Source: Amphiscolops sp. MND2022
Taxonomy: Eukaryota
NCBI GenBank assembly: GCA_964187785.1
Contig: OZ076411.1
Location: 84,816,001-84,880,000 of the forward strand
DNA length: 64,000 bases
Reading direction: 5' to 3'
The translations under genes and the position numbers were made by a program. Within the stretch, counting starts at the first letter, position 1. Every line of letters begins with the position of its first letter. Below the pieces are notes generated by a model, which saw only the letters and a list, made by a program, of their open reading frames with translations, had not been told where the DNA came from and made no database searches. Positions 12,026 to 23,855 of the stretch are shown piece by piece.

Positions 12026-13209
12026 CTGAGATTTATATTTTCTAAGAAAGATCTTCTTGGCAATTTTGAGGTTTGCTAGTAATCGACTGGTTTGGCTTTT
12101 GAAACTTGACAGAATGATTTTCTTCTAGTTATTCGGACTAGTGGTTTCACCCTTTTCGCGGGAATCCCCAGCGGGAAAACCGTTTTCATCTTTCCTAAAT
12201 TCTTGCCAAACATTCCATATTTGTAATTTTACAGAATTTCTAGAAGTAATAACTAAGGTAAATTTCATGTTAATTGGCCCTTGATGTGCTTGTAAGTTGT
12301 TTACTCAAACACTTAACGGCAGTTAGTAAGTGAGTTAAGTGCTAACTCAAGTAAACTGTCAGTAAATAAATCCACCATCAAAGACCTTCGGTCCGCTCGG
12401 CTACATCAATTAAATTAGCCAATCAGGTCCTGATGATAAATGAATAATGAAAATTGATGGAAAATGAATAAAATGGCGATTTTCTAATCTAATACTAATC
12501 TAAACGATGAAATACTTTCTAAAATGAAATAAAACATGAATATCACTGGCAGGGTCAATCCATGCTGGTAGAGATTAAGGTTGAATAAAGGTACTAAAGG
12601 GACATGATATTAAAGCTACGTAATGGTAGATGAAAGAATAAGTAGGCCACGACGTCCTTGTAAGATGTAAAGTAATTGACCGTCTCTAATTGTTAACGCT
12701 TTGTGTGGATTAGTCATTAGTCTTGTAGAGTCGGGAGGTACAAATAACAGTAAAATATAGTAATTCATTTTCTGTGTCTGTGCTCCCGCATTTCTCTTTC
12801 AACATTCGAATTGTTACATTATTCCATTGAGCATTGAAATTCTCCAACGAATAGTACGGACTATAAGTCTCAACAGCCACAGAAACAACAATTTTCATCA
12901 ACTCCAAACGGCTGACAGGTTGATTCATCACTTCGTGGAAAAAGGAAAATCCCCTTCTCGTCCAAGCAAGGAAAAGGCAAATCTTCGTCCTCTTGTCCAG
13001 CTAGTCCTTCATAACAGCATTTGCCGCTAAAATTCCGTCTTCCGTCGTGGAAATAACGTCAGGTTGGTTCTTTTGAATTTTGTCAAAACTAAACTTGATC
13101 AGGGCTTAGGTTCGACTATTAGTACTTCCTCCATCATGAAATAATTTCACTTAGGCGTGAACAAACTAAATTTCGAACTTGCTTCCGGAAGTCTTTCAAA
13201 AGCGGTAAG
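12026..13209. promoter_or_regulatory. Putative internal bidirectional promoter of element A
   Basis: AT-rich non-coding gap between two divergent ORFs. AGCCAATCAG at about 12418 and a copy of the element-A palindrome at 12382-12394. Confidence 0.5.
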
Positions 13210-16200
13210 ATGGATAATTTTGCAGGAAGTGAACCGCGTGAGTTTATTCCTTTCCATTTAAGTAAAGGACCAAACGGCCAACCACGACAAGCTATGTCAG
13301 AAGGTAACCAGACTGAAGACCTACATATCAATCCTTCTCCAGATGCGGCCGAACAGACCACTAGTCCTGGTGTGTCAGAAAATTTGCTATCAACTGCACC
13401 AGAATCTCGACCTGCTTCTCCGCCTCTGCTTCCTAGTGCAATCGAGATTGTGGAAGGCACTCCTTCTCAGAGTTCGACCGAAGCAGATTGTAGTGAGAGA
13501 GCAAATTCCGCAAATGCTGTCAATGAAGCCTCTGCGTCTCACGTTTCTCAGTCTCCAGATTATTCTCCGTCAATGATTAACTTGCTTGCATCAGATAATA
13601 GTAGCTCAGCGGAAAGTCTCCAAACATACTTTGGCCGGAAGGTGTCAATTATGGAAGCAACCGGGACTGAAAGTCCAGTTGGCCTCAACCTGCCCGTTCC
13701 ACCAAAAGAGAGTGTTAGTGAGCCCATTACTATCACCCCAGTTCGACCCGGTACAACTGCTGAGGGCCATGAGGTCCCAACGCCAGCTGGAGAAACCACT
13801 GCAAGTGCCCCTGCTTCATTGGAAGACGAGGCAGGACCAGAGAGTGAGAGCAGGGCCAGCAAGAGGCCCAGAATAGGAAGCGTCACCGCCTCCCTTCATC
13901 CTCCAATAACCGAATTCCGGACCATTTTGTCCTCCTCACAGAAAGAGCCATCAGTGCAATCGTCTGATGAAATGGAGCAGGAAGTAACCCCAGCACATGT
14001 GGTGTTAAGCAGTTCTGAATTTGCGGCAGACACTGACCATGACTCTACTACCAATCCCGCCGGGTCGACTATTGGTCAAGCTCTAAGCGCCAGGGCTAAA
14101 ACTCACGTTCCGAGGTCTGATGATGCTGATAGTGCCTTCTTTCCAGTAGGATTGCCCAGTACATCCCGTAGCAGCTCATTGGGGCCTAGTAGTCGAGCAC
14201 TCATCAAAGAATTCTTTGATAACTCAGAAAGATTCGACTTTCCGAAAGGCCATCCTACAGTTGCCTTCACTGAGGATCAGATCAGTTCTGTCCTCAAGGT
14301 TGTTGCTGACGAGACTGTCCGGGTTTCCCTTGATGCCATAGAGAAACTCATCCAAAAGGCGAGCCAGCTGAGAATTGGGCCTGAAGAAACTCTAGAGGAA
14401 ACTCCTAGCAGATCGGGGAGACGGTGCCCAAGAAGAGCGGGAAGTGCGACATCAGGTCTGCAGAGCGACACGAGTGGTGGCATCCGTAGCGATGACGATT
14501 TTTCTAGCATCGGTTACTCTTACGAGCATTTGGACGCCCCTAGCATTAATGCTCCTCCTTGCACTAGCAGTGAAATTCCTTGTGGCTCGCGGGACCTCCG
14601 TCCAACATGGGTGTTCCTGTAGCTGACAGCCCCGAGACTCAAACTTTTACTGCGCTGAAGGCTGAAGCTCTTGGTGACCTCAGTAAGCGTCCCCGCAGTA
14701 AACGCGGAAAGTTTGTCCCTGCTACCCGTGGAGCCGGCACCAGACGTAAGATCACTCGTTCATGCAAAATAATGAAAGAGGCATATTTCCAGGGTATGGA
14801 ATGGAACTGAACCTTCGTCTCTGGCCCCATGGACCCAAGGTGGAACCCTTATAAATTCTACTGCCAAATTTGCAAGGCAAACGTTTCGATTTATGGGAAG
14901 GGAGCTAGAGAAATTTTACGTCATCACTCTCGAGAAACCCATCTCCGTAAAGACCAACGTTGGAGATACGAATATTTATATTCTGTCGATCCAGTCAAAA
15001 GAGTGAAAGTCCACCAGGTACGTGGAAAAGATGGGAAATTGCTGACCCCATACCAATTAGAGTTCGAGCTTCCTCTCTTTATTAATGCACCACTTGTTGA
15101 GATCGGACAGAAACTCCCGTTTTACGACGAGTATATGGCTGGCACAGACTATATGTCCTCTAGTTCAAGTAACCGTGCTCGAGTACAGCTCTCAGTCTTG
15201 GCAAAGTTTCTCCCTTCCAGCGGCGACATCGAGGTCCTAAAGTCCTTCTGGAGCGATGTGGGCGTGATAGTGAACCATCAGTCCTTGTTCACTGATTTCA
15301 ATTGGGGAAAGGAGCGACTAAGTGTAAGTTTTAAATTTTTGATAGAGGAGTCATTTAACGTAGGCGTCATGATCTTAGGGTCCCAGATACCCATAAACTC
15401 TGGTGTGTTTTGTTTTAGTTGTTATTCCATCACATGTTCATCGAACTCATGTCTGACATTGCTACCCATGTCAATCTCAACCGTGAGTACGCTGTGGAAT
15501 TTGCCGTCGACGGGGTCTTCCTCCTCATCTTCATCAGATTCTGGAGGGTCGATGAATTATGCAGAGTCTTCATCAAACGTACTAGCCGTCTTCAGGGCCT
15601 AACCAGCGCCGAGATGTGTCTCCTTTCGTACTTGATGGGTACGTTGTCGACAACCCCCAAATTGATTTGTGCTACTGGTTGCAGTGCCCGAACGGTCCAA
15701 CTCCTCGACCATAGTCCTTATGCTAGCTTTAGTATCCAAAGTCCACCTCGATTTGAGGAGCTCAATCTGCCCAATCTCATGCACAAGAAGTGTAGCAGTG
15801 TCTTTGGCAAGATAGACTTCTTTTCTGTCTTGAGATATTTGATCATCTCACTGGGAGGATGCCTCGAACTTGATTGGGTTCTACTATCGCCAGAGTTGTC
15901 AAAGGTACGTGTCGTCCTTTTAGCTAGACCACATTGTACATATCAGTTTCGTAATTATACAGTTTGTGTCCCTGACCTTCTTGAGTTTTGATTTTGTTTC
16001 CTCCTGATAGGCTATCCGCACAGGCCAACTTGACATCTGTGGACTTCCAGCACTTTGCCAGGAACTCATGGACAATTGGGTCAAAGTCATTGCCTTCCTT
16101 AGTAAGCACGCCCCCACACAAGAAAACCAAGGAGTTCGAAAGCAGGTAAATCATTAAGCGCTTGGTCTGGCCATTTGTACTCCCGGTCCTTGCTGATTTG

Positions 16201-17448
16201 AAATTTTCATTTTAGCCTCAGAATTTAGAATGGTCCATCGTGTACGATGACTTGTTCCTCAGCAAATTAGAGTTGTTCTGCCGTCTGATTCGGGATTGTT
16301 AGTTGCTTTCTTCATGGTTTATCTTGGATTCCGACAGTAGGTCTTTAAGGTTCTTGTCTCCTATTTTAGATACTGCCAGTTTCTCTCTGAACTTGAAGAC
16401 TAGAAGGGACAGAGGATTCCACGTATACAAGGAACTCTGCCAATTTCTTTTTAAGCTTGGGCGACGGTGTGTAAAACCCAGCAGTCTTCCGGCCGAGAAC
16501 GATTTCCAGGCAGTCCTCCAACTTTCTTTCCCTGATGCTAAAGCTCTGAGTGTGGAAGATTTCATCAGTCGTTCTAAACTCGGAGCAAGACTAGCTGCTG
16601 GCTCGAAATCAAAAGCAGAGAAGGAGATGAGCGAGGAGAAGAACAGGGGTTTAGCCCTTACTGACGTCGCTGCTTCCATTCGAGAAGAATTTGGCCGCCT
16701 AGCCCGAGGGTACGTAGCCAATCTGCTGAACGCCACACAATCCCTCACTCGCTTTACCTCTGACATCGTCAGGGGTTTAGGCTCTTTCGACCTTGAGATC
16801 TTGTTGCTAGATCCAATTGAACAGGCTACTTACTGCTTCAAACAGCTTTTCATGAGCTTCAGGCTACGTGGGGTTTTTCGAGCTGACGAGGAGACGGTGT
16901 ATCTGGAAGAATATCTTTCTTTCATCGACGAATTGCGCCGTGCACACCCCGAAGTCCAACAGCCCAAGCTCTTGATTAATGACGCCATAGATTTCATTTC
17001 TCGCCAGGGCCTTTTGAAGTCAAGACAACACCTGAGTCGTATTTTCCGGCTTAGTTGCCTTTGCCTCGATGAGCCACGTTTTACCTTCCCTGCAGTACGA
17101 TTTGGATCAGTGCGGACAGATGAGCCCACTTGCAGCATGTTTGATATCGTCGCACCAATTCAGTCTTATTTTGGGAGTGTTGCTCGAGGACTGGACAATC
17201 TTGTCTGCGAGGCGTCAATTGAGCGCTTACTGAATTTGGAATTGACCTTTGGTACTACCGGCCTCAGCAGTACTTACAGTCCTTGGGATGGAATAGACCA
17301 CTTTGGCCGAGATCGTATACGAGATGCCATCCATACTCAAACGCCAGAGCGACGCAGAGTCACAATTGCCACTGAAGTTTCTTCCGATCAGCCGGGAAGT
17401 AGTAGAGGTACGAAGTCGTCAAGTCCAAAGAAGTCTGTTAAGTTCTAA
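13210..17448 (+). pseudogene. Element A antisense spliced accessory gene: zinc finger plus hAT-transposase-like protein, damaged copy
   Basis: Predicted exons 13210?-15323, 15419-15904, 16011-16145, 16216-16297, 16370-17448. Introns are GT-AG, 72-106 bp, and phase-compatible. The first exon has a frameshift near 14590 and an in-frame TGA at 14808-14810. Contains CQIC-X16-H-X5-H and is colinear with 48695-52570. Confidence 0.8.
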
Positions 17449-17627
17449 TTGTACAAATTGTACAATTGTATGGTAAACATCTTGTTGTGTAAACTTCTGC
17501 TGTTCTTTCTAGTTTCATTTTGTTATTTATTTCTTTCATTGTATTGTTGATATATCAGTCAGCCAAGTCCCGAAAAGATACTTGTATTATTATTCATTAG
17601 AAGAGGGACCGTAATTCAATTGTCTGG

Positions 17628-20600
17628 CTAGTATCTGTATTCATCAGTGAAGTTGGGGGTGGGGTTAGGACGAAGGTTATATTTTCCTCCCCTAGGGCTT
17701 TCATTGTTTACAATCACATCATTATTTTCATCATCTAATACTTCGGGCACGATAGTATCGCTCCCTCCTGATGATTTTTGATCATCGATCTGTTCATTTG
17801 AGCGATCTGAGCATGTTGTTTCAGTCCGGTCTGAATTGCCACTTTGGTGTGGCCCGGTGGACCCAAGGTCCGCGTCGGTGAAATTTACGTCGGGTGGCTC
17901 CGCGCCCTCATTAGGGTGAGGCCCGGTGGACCTAAGGTCCTCGTCGGTGAAAATTTCGTCTGGCGACCTGTCATTACTCACAGGGCTATTGGAAGTATTT
18001 TTGTGGTCTAAATTTGTAGGAATCATAGTTTTTTCTGCGGAATTAGGAAATTCTCCAAAATCGGTTTCCCACGTAATTACATATAGGTCATCTTGCGGAA
18101 TGATAATTTCATCATCCGGCTGTAAATTGCCTTCCGGTCTAATGTCTTGTAGGACAGTATTTGGTTCATATTTGCGTAATCTAATCCTGTGAAAAATTTG
18201 CGTTTTGTTGGAATTGAGTTTTCTGACTATATAATTTTCATTCGGTAAGACCTGTTCTACGACATATGGTCCCGTCCATCTATATTCTCGAAACGGTATT
18301 TTTGATCCTTGGTGGTCAGCTATAGGCTGTAGTATGAAACAATAGTCGTTTTGCTTTAATGGAGCTGCTTTGGCCTTTCGGTCATAATATTCTTTATATT
18401 TCAAGTAGGATTGTATGATGTTTTTCTTCGTTGAGTCGAGTAAAATTTACGTACGTCGCTGAAATTCATCTGCAAAATCTGTAGTCGGAAGGACCTTCGG
18501 GTTCGGATTAAGGCCCAATTTATGATCCAGAATATTATAGGGAATGCGTCCATGAAAAATTCTGGACGGTTCACAGCCCAGGGTGGCGTGATAAGTCGTG
18601 TTGTAGTTTAAAACAGCTAGAGGCAGATATTTATGCCATTGTCGCCTGTAGTCCCCTGAGGCCATTTTCAAATTGGTTTTGAGACTAGCATGTGTTCGTT
18701 CAAGTTTACCAATTGTTTGTGGGTGTTTTGTAGTAGCGCATTTTATTTGAATTCCCAAAATTTGAGCGATTTCAGCTACCAGTTTGGACGTAAAGGCCGT
18801 ACCTTTGTCTGTAATCAGAGTAGTTGGCAAGTAGGTGTGCTTGGTCATTATATCAATAATAACCTTTGCCGTATTTGTGGCCGTTGCGTCTGTAACTGGG
18901 TATGCAAAAAGATATCTTGAAAATACGTCCATTGCGGTGATGATGTTTTCGTATCCGCCACTTGGTGGTAAATTCGGTAGCAAATCAATTTGCATTGCGT
19001 CTTCTGGTCCTAAGTCCCATTCAGGCAAATTAAGGAGTTCAGGGGTAATAGATGAGTTGGGAATTCTCTTGTCTTTGATGCAGATTTCACATCCCTGAAC
19101 CCATTTTTTGACAATTTTTGCAATTCCCGGATAGTAATATTTTTGGCGAATTTCTATGAGCATCTTGGATATTCCGGGGTGTTTATTAGCTTTTCCATGT
19201 AAAGATTCGAGTAGTTCTTGGACTAGATGTTTTGGTAATAGCACTTGATTGTATTTAACAGCTCCCGTTTCATCAAAATACTGTCTGGTAATAATTTCGT
19301 CCGTAACGGACAGTCTGTCCATCTGGCGACAGTAATGTTGGTAGCGGGAATCTTGCAGAAGGATGGTTTCCGAATAACTTTCTTTCAGTATTTTGAGGCG
19401 CAGTTGTTGTAAAATGACGTCGTTATTCTGCTCTACTGCTATAGAGTTCGTATAGGATAATTTTTGGAACGTTGAAAGTTTGTGGTAGTCACTTTTGTGT
19501 GTAGAAAATTTTTCGAACGAAATGTCTGGTAATTGATTGGTTGGGTGAGACCTAGCGTCTTTTTTGCGCTGTAAAATTTGTTCTTCCGTCTCGTCATCAT
19601 CCTCGGTATAAAAGATTTGTTCCTCTTCCGAAACTCCGGCCGATTGGACATGGAGTTCGATCGGTGTTGTGGGAATATCTTCTCTGATTCTGAGGATTAA
19701 TTTCTCTTTCGGAGAGATTTCTAGACGTGACAGGTAGTCTGCCGCTGTGTTATTTTTTCCTGGGATATGTGCTATTGTGAAGTTGAACTGGATCACATAA
19801 TCACAGGCATTCCATAATGTTGGTGGAATGATTTTCGTCTGAAAAAAGCGTGTAACGGATTTGTTGTCTGTAAGTATGATTACCGGTTTAGGGGTTCCCC
19901 AAAAGATATGTCCAAATTCCTTGAATGCAAAGAAAATTGCTAAGAATTCCTTGGCATAGATGGACATTTTCAATTGGGTAGGACTAAAGGTCTTGGATCC
20001 ATAAGCTACTGGTGCGAAAGCTTTCCTCGTGGAGGTGTACTTCTCGAGTGGATCGTCTTCGATGAGAACTGCGTACCCCGCGGCCGAAAAGCTGGCATCA
20101 GTCTTGAGGGCTATTTGCTTGTTCGATAAGGGTTGTTTGAGTGCCAGTTCGCAACATCGATCAAGAGCCTTGTTTATCTCGGTAAATTTTTCCAATAGGT
20201 CCGGTGTTACCAGGACTTTTTCATCCTTGGTGAGCAGTTTGAAAAACGGTGTTAGTTTTTCTGATAGTCTTGGAATGTAGTTCCGATAGTAATTCAAAAA
20301 GCCCAAGTAACGCTGTAGTGCTTTCTTGGATTTCGGGAATTTCGTATTTTCTAGGAAATTTTGGACCCGAGGTCTCTGCGGCTTCACTCCGGCAGGAGTG
20401 ATGGTACGTCCTAGAAAGTCGATTTCCGTTGCTCCAAAATGGCATTTGTGCATGGTAAGTTTGAGACCAGCTTGTTGTATGCATTGGAATGTGGCCCTCA
20501 AGTTGTTGATGAGTTGTTCAGCGTCGTTGGCAGCGATGCCAATATCATCAACATATTGGGCGCATTGGTCTGCTTTAATGACCTTGTCTAAATATTCTCG

Positions 20601-22730
20601 CATAAAGCTGGAGAAGGCCGATAGGGCTCTACTGAGTCCTTGTGCCAACCTTCTGTACGCGAATGTTCTACTGGCAAAGTTGAAGGCAAGCATTTCGATG
20701 GACCTTTGGTCCGCCATTTGTAGGCAATGGTAAGCTTGCGAACAGTCCAACTTACAGAATAGCTTTTTCCCAGCCATGTGTTGGGCTGCATCAGTAAGCG
20801 TACTTACTGGGTGGTTATTGTTGATGTAATCATCCGATATCAAGTTATTTATTTTACGTAAGTCGACTAAAAGTCGCAATTTGCCATTGGGTTTCTTTTG
20901 TGCAAAAATGGGACTTGCGTATTTGGAAAAAGGGAGTGTTGTAATGATGCCATAGCGATGTAGGAGAGCTAACTCTACAAGTATATCTTCCTTGAGGTTT
21001 ATTGGCGTTGGCAAACTCTGACTATAGGCCGGGGAATCATCTTTCGGTGTCAGTTTGACCTTGAAGTCCTCGTTCATGCCTATGTCGAAGCGATGCCTAG
21101 CAAAGATATCATGAAACTCGACAAGTAAGTCCTCTATACGAGCTATTTCGGTAGGTTGGAGCATAGAGTCTGTCCAGTCAAAGTTGGATAAGAATTGTCG
21201 TCTGGACTCAGGGTCATCCTGAGGATTGAGTTTCTCTAATTCCTGAAGGTTGATAAGTTCGGAGAAAATCCTTTTCTGGATTGGCGTGTGGTGCTGAGGG
21301 TCCCCCGGGTCTTCCGGTGTTGCAAACCAGTAGTTTTCCTTGAGGTCCTCAGGTTTCGTAGATTTGATCAAGCTACTTGCATAATGAGCAGCGTTTTCAG
21401 GGTTATCTTGTAGGAGGTGCCATGTGGTCACCGGGTCATTGGGCTTTACGTATTTCATCTGTTCTGGCGTGAGGACAGTGAAATTAGCCACCTGTGTACC
21501 TCTCTTGAGGGTGTACGGACTATCGGTAAAATTGTTGAAATGAAGCGATACCTGACCATTGGTCAGCGTGACTAGAGCAGCGCAGAAGGCAATATCGCCG
21601 TCATCTGTAAGATTGTTGTTCGGTTGGAGGATCCCAGTAACTGTAGTGTTCTCGTACAGTTGTGAAGCCATAAGGACCGATTGTCTGCCATTAGGGGGAA
21701 TGGTTGCATCCTCTCTAATGCAGATGGGTTCCATAACGTTAGTATACTTTTGATCAGCAGTTTTCAACTGCATTGAAAAGAAAGGAAAATTCAGGACACC
21801 TTGTCTCATGTCCAAGATGGTATTGTTCCTTTGGAGGAACGAAAGACCGATCAACGGGCTGGTGAGTTATTCCATAACGATGAATATTTCGTGAAATTCT
21901 ATGTCGCCGACTTCAAACTTCAGTTCGACTGTGCTCTTAGGAGTCTCCAGCTGTCCATTAGCAACCATAATTTGGAAGCCAGGAGCCGGGCCCTCTTTGA
22001 CAATTGACTGAGGGGCTAGTAATCGGATTTTACGTAGATCAGCTTCTGGGATTGCGCTAGATAGGGCTCCCGTGTCTACAAGGCCATCTAATGTTAGTTC
22101 GCCAAAATCCATCGGAAAATAGAGCATTCGTCTCTTGTATTTGAGGCCAAGATTAGTTGTCAGCGGTACATAGTCTGGTTCACCTGTTCTTGTGATTAGG
22201 GTGTTCACAAAACGGGCAGCAACTGTTGTGGCCAGTGAGACCGGTGGTCCCGCACGGTGAAATTCAGCGTCGGGCTCAGCCTGAGTGACTTGAGATCTCT
22301 GTGGTATGTCATGTTGCCATGGATCGACCTTGGCCTTTGCAAGAACCATATTCAAGGCTCGATCAATTTCATAGGAATCTGGTTCTCTGATGTGATTTGG
22401 TTTGTGGAAATTACGGTAGAAGTATAGATGATGTTGATTGTAGCAATTAGCGTCCCAATAGGGATCAAAACCATAGTCCGGGTCCGGGTAATTTGGGTTA
22501 TAGTCATCCACAAGGGGTATGAGACGTATAGTCGAAGTATCATTTTGTAGTCTGTTGGACATAGGGTCCCGATTGGTAGAAAAGTTGGGTGGAGTCTTCA
22601 TCTGCTGCTGCCAGTCAGCTGATGATGTTTCTTTACGAGCAGTATAATATTCAGTGTAGTATATATTTGAAGGGTCAGATATTATATATTGTCTGACACG
22701 GAGTTTTTCATTTATTTGGAGTCGTGGCAA
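17628..22730 (-). pseudogene. pol: Element A pol (PR, dUTPase-like segment, RT, RNase H, IN)
   Basis: LVDTGA protease, YVDD, TDAS, H..H/CEIC, integrase core (QIDLL, MDVFSRY, TDKGT, KLERTH) and WTGPY. One reading frame interrupted by TAA at 21867-21869 and 18447-18449. Confidence 0.95.
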
Positions 22731-22731
22731 C

Positions 22732-22741
22732 CTAGTTTTTT
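22732..22741 (-). other. Candidate -1 ribosomal frameshift site at the end of gag (A_AAA_AAC followed by TAG)
   Basis: gag ends CCA AAA AAC TAG. The heptamer fits X_XXY_YYZ. This copy also needs a 1-nt loss just downstream to reach the pol frame. Confidence 0.6.
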
Positions 22742-23843
22742 GGATTTTTCAAAATGGAAGTGGTTTGTTTGTTGTTGGCGTCGTTGTGACTTGTGGACGC
22801 CTCATCAGTTTTAGAATCCTCGAGTTTGAGATTCTTAGGCTTGAGATGGGCTCCCGCGCCTTTCCAACACCGTTCCGCCGGGTGATTTGTTTTGTCGCAC
22901 GTTGGACATTTGGGATACTCTTTCTTAGTATCCTGTCCGTCGTTGCGTCGTTGTTCCTCCTTTCGTTTGAGTTTCCGGCAGTCATCTTTGACGTGGCCGG
23001 GTTTTTTTCAATAGTTGCAAGTGACGTTTGGGTCAATACCCGATGAAAGAAGGCCAGTTCCCGGTCGTGTTGCTGTCGGGGCAGTTGACATTGTTGGGAC
23101 TGGAATGTCGTCACCCTCCTCAAGTCCATTTAATTCTAATTCAAATTCCAAATGAGTGACGATTTCCTCATAAGTGGCATTCTCTAGTCTAGCCATGTTG
23201 ACTGAGCGTTTCAGTTTTGGCGGCAACTTGGCATATAGGAGACTATCAATCATGGCCTGGGCGTGCTCGCCAAACGCTTTTTCAGCTTCTTGATTTAGTT
23301 CTTCAAGGAAGTCGGGCAGTTTCATGGTATTTGGGTCAAACACCAATTTGTGCCATTTGTGTTTGGCGGTCGCCTGGGGCTCAGGTTTGACATATTTCCT
23401 TCGAAATACTGCCAGGATGTCCTCCAAGGTTTGCCTGTTTGCCGTGTTGATATTACGGAAAGTTTGAAGGGCATTCTTTCGTAACAGCGAATGAAAATGG
23501 TTTATTTTCATAGTTTCAGTCATATCAGGCTGCATTTTTATCATTGTGTGGAACAAATCCTCGAAAAGTTCAAATTTCTCGGATTTGCCATCAAACGTCA
23601 GTGTGGTCGTACTGACTGGGCGTACCATCAGTGTCTGAGCTGAAGGTCGACTGTGTATACCGGCTATTGCCTCTGCAAGACGGTTTATGGGGTCTGAAGG
23701 AGTATTTTGGCTTGGAGTTTCCTGGACATGTGGGCCTTGGTCCGGAGACTCATGCAGATTGGAATGTTGATGTTGCAGGGGAGTACGGGGCTGCATGGGC
23801 CGTCCAGTGAGAAACTCAGGAACCATAGGGGGGGTAAGTTTGG

Positions 23844-23855
23844 CTCCTGTCACCA
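23844..23855 (-). other. Element A primer-binding site TGGTGACAGGAG
   Basis: Directly abuts the 5' LTR end. The same 12-mer occurs in element C. tRNA identity not established (resembles Leu-type PBSs). Confidence 0.8.

Noticed and set aside
14829-16766. ORFs 14829-15602, 15419-15991, 16303-17448, 49624-50463, 50406-51263 and 51332-52570 as separate genes
   Set aside because: Their ends are intron read-through. Splice sites join them into one protein per element.
18447-23010. Alternative genetic code or programmed readthrough explaining in-frame stops
   Set aside because: The stops are of mixed type and replace different expected residues (Cys, Lys, Gln in A; Trp and Lys in C), as expected for single-base mutations.
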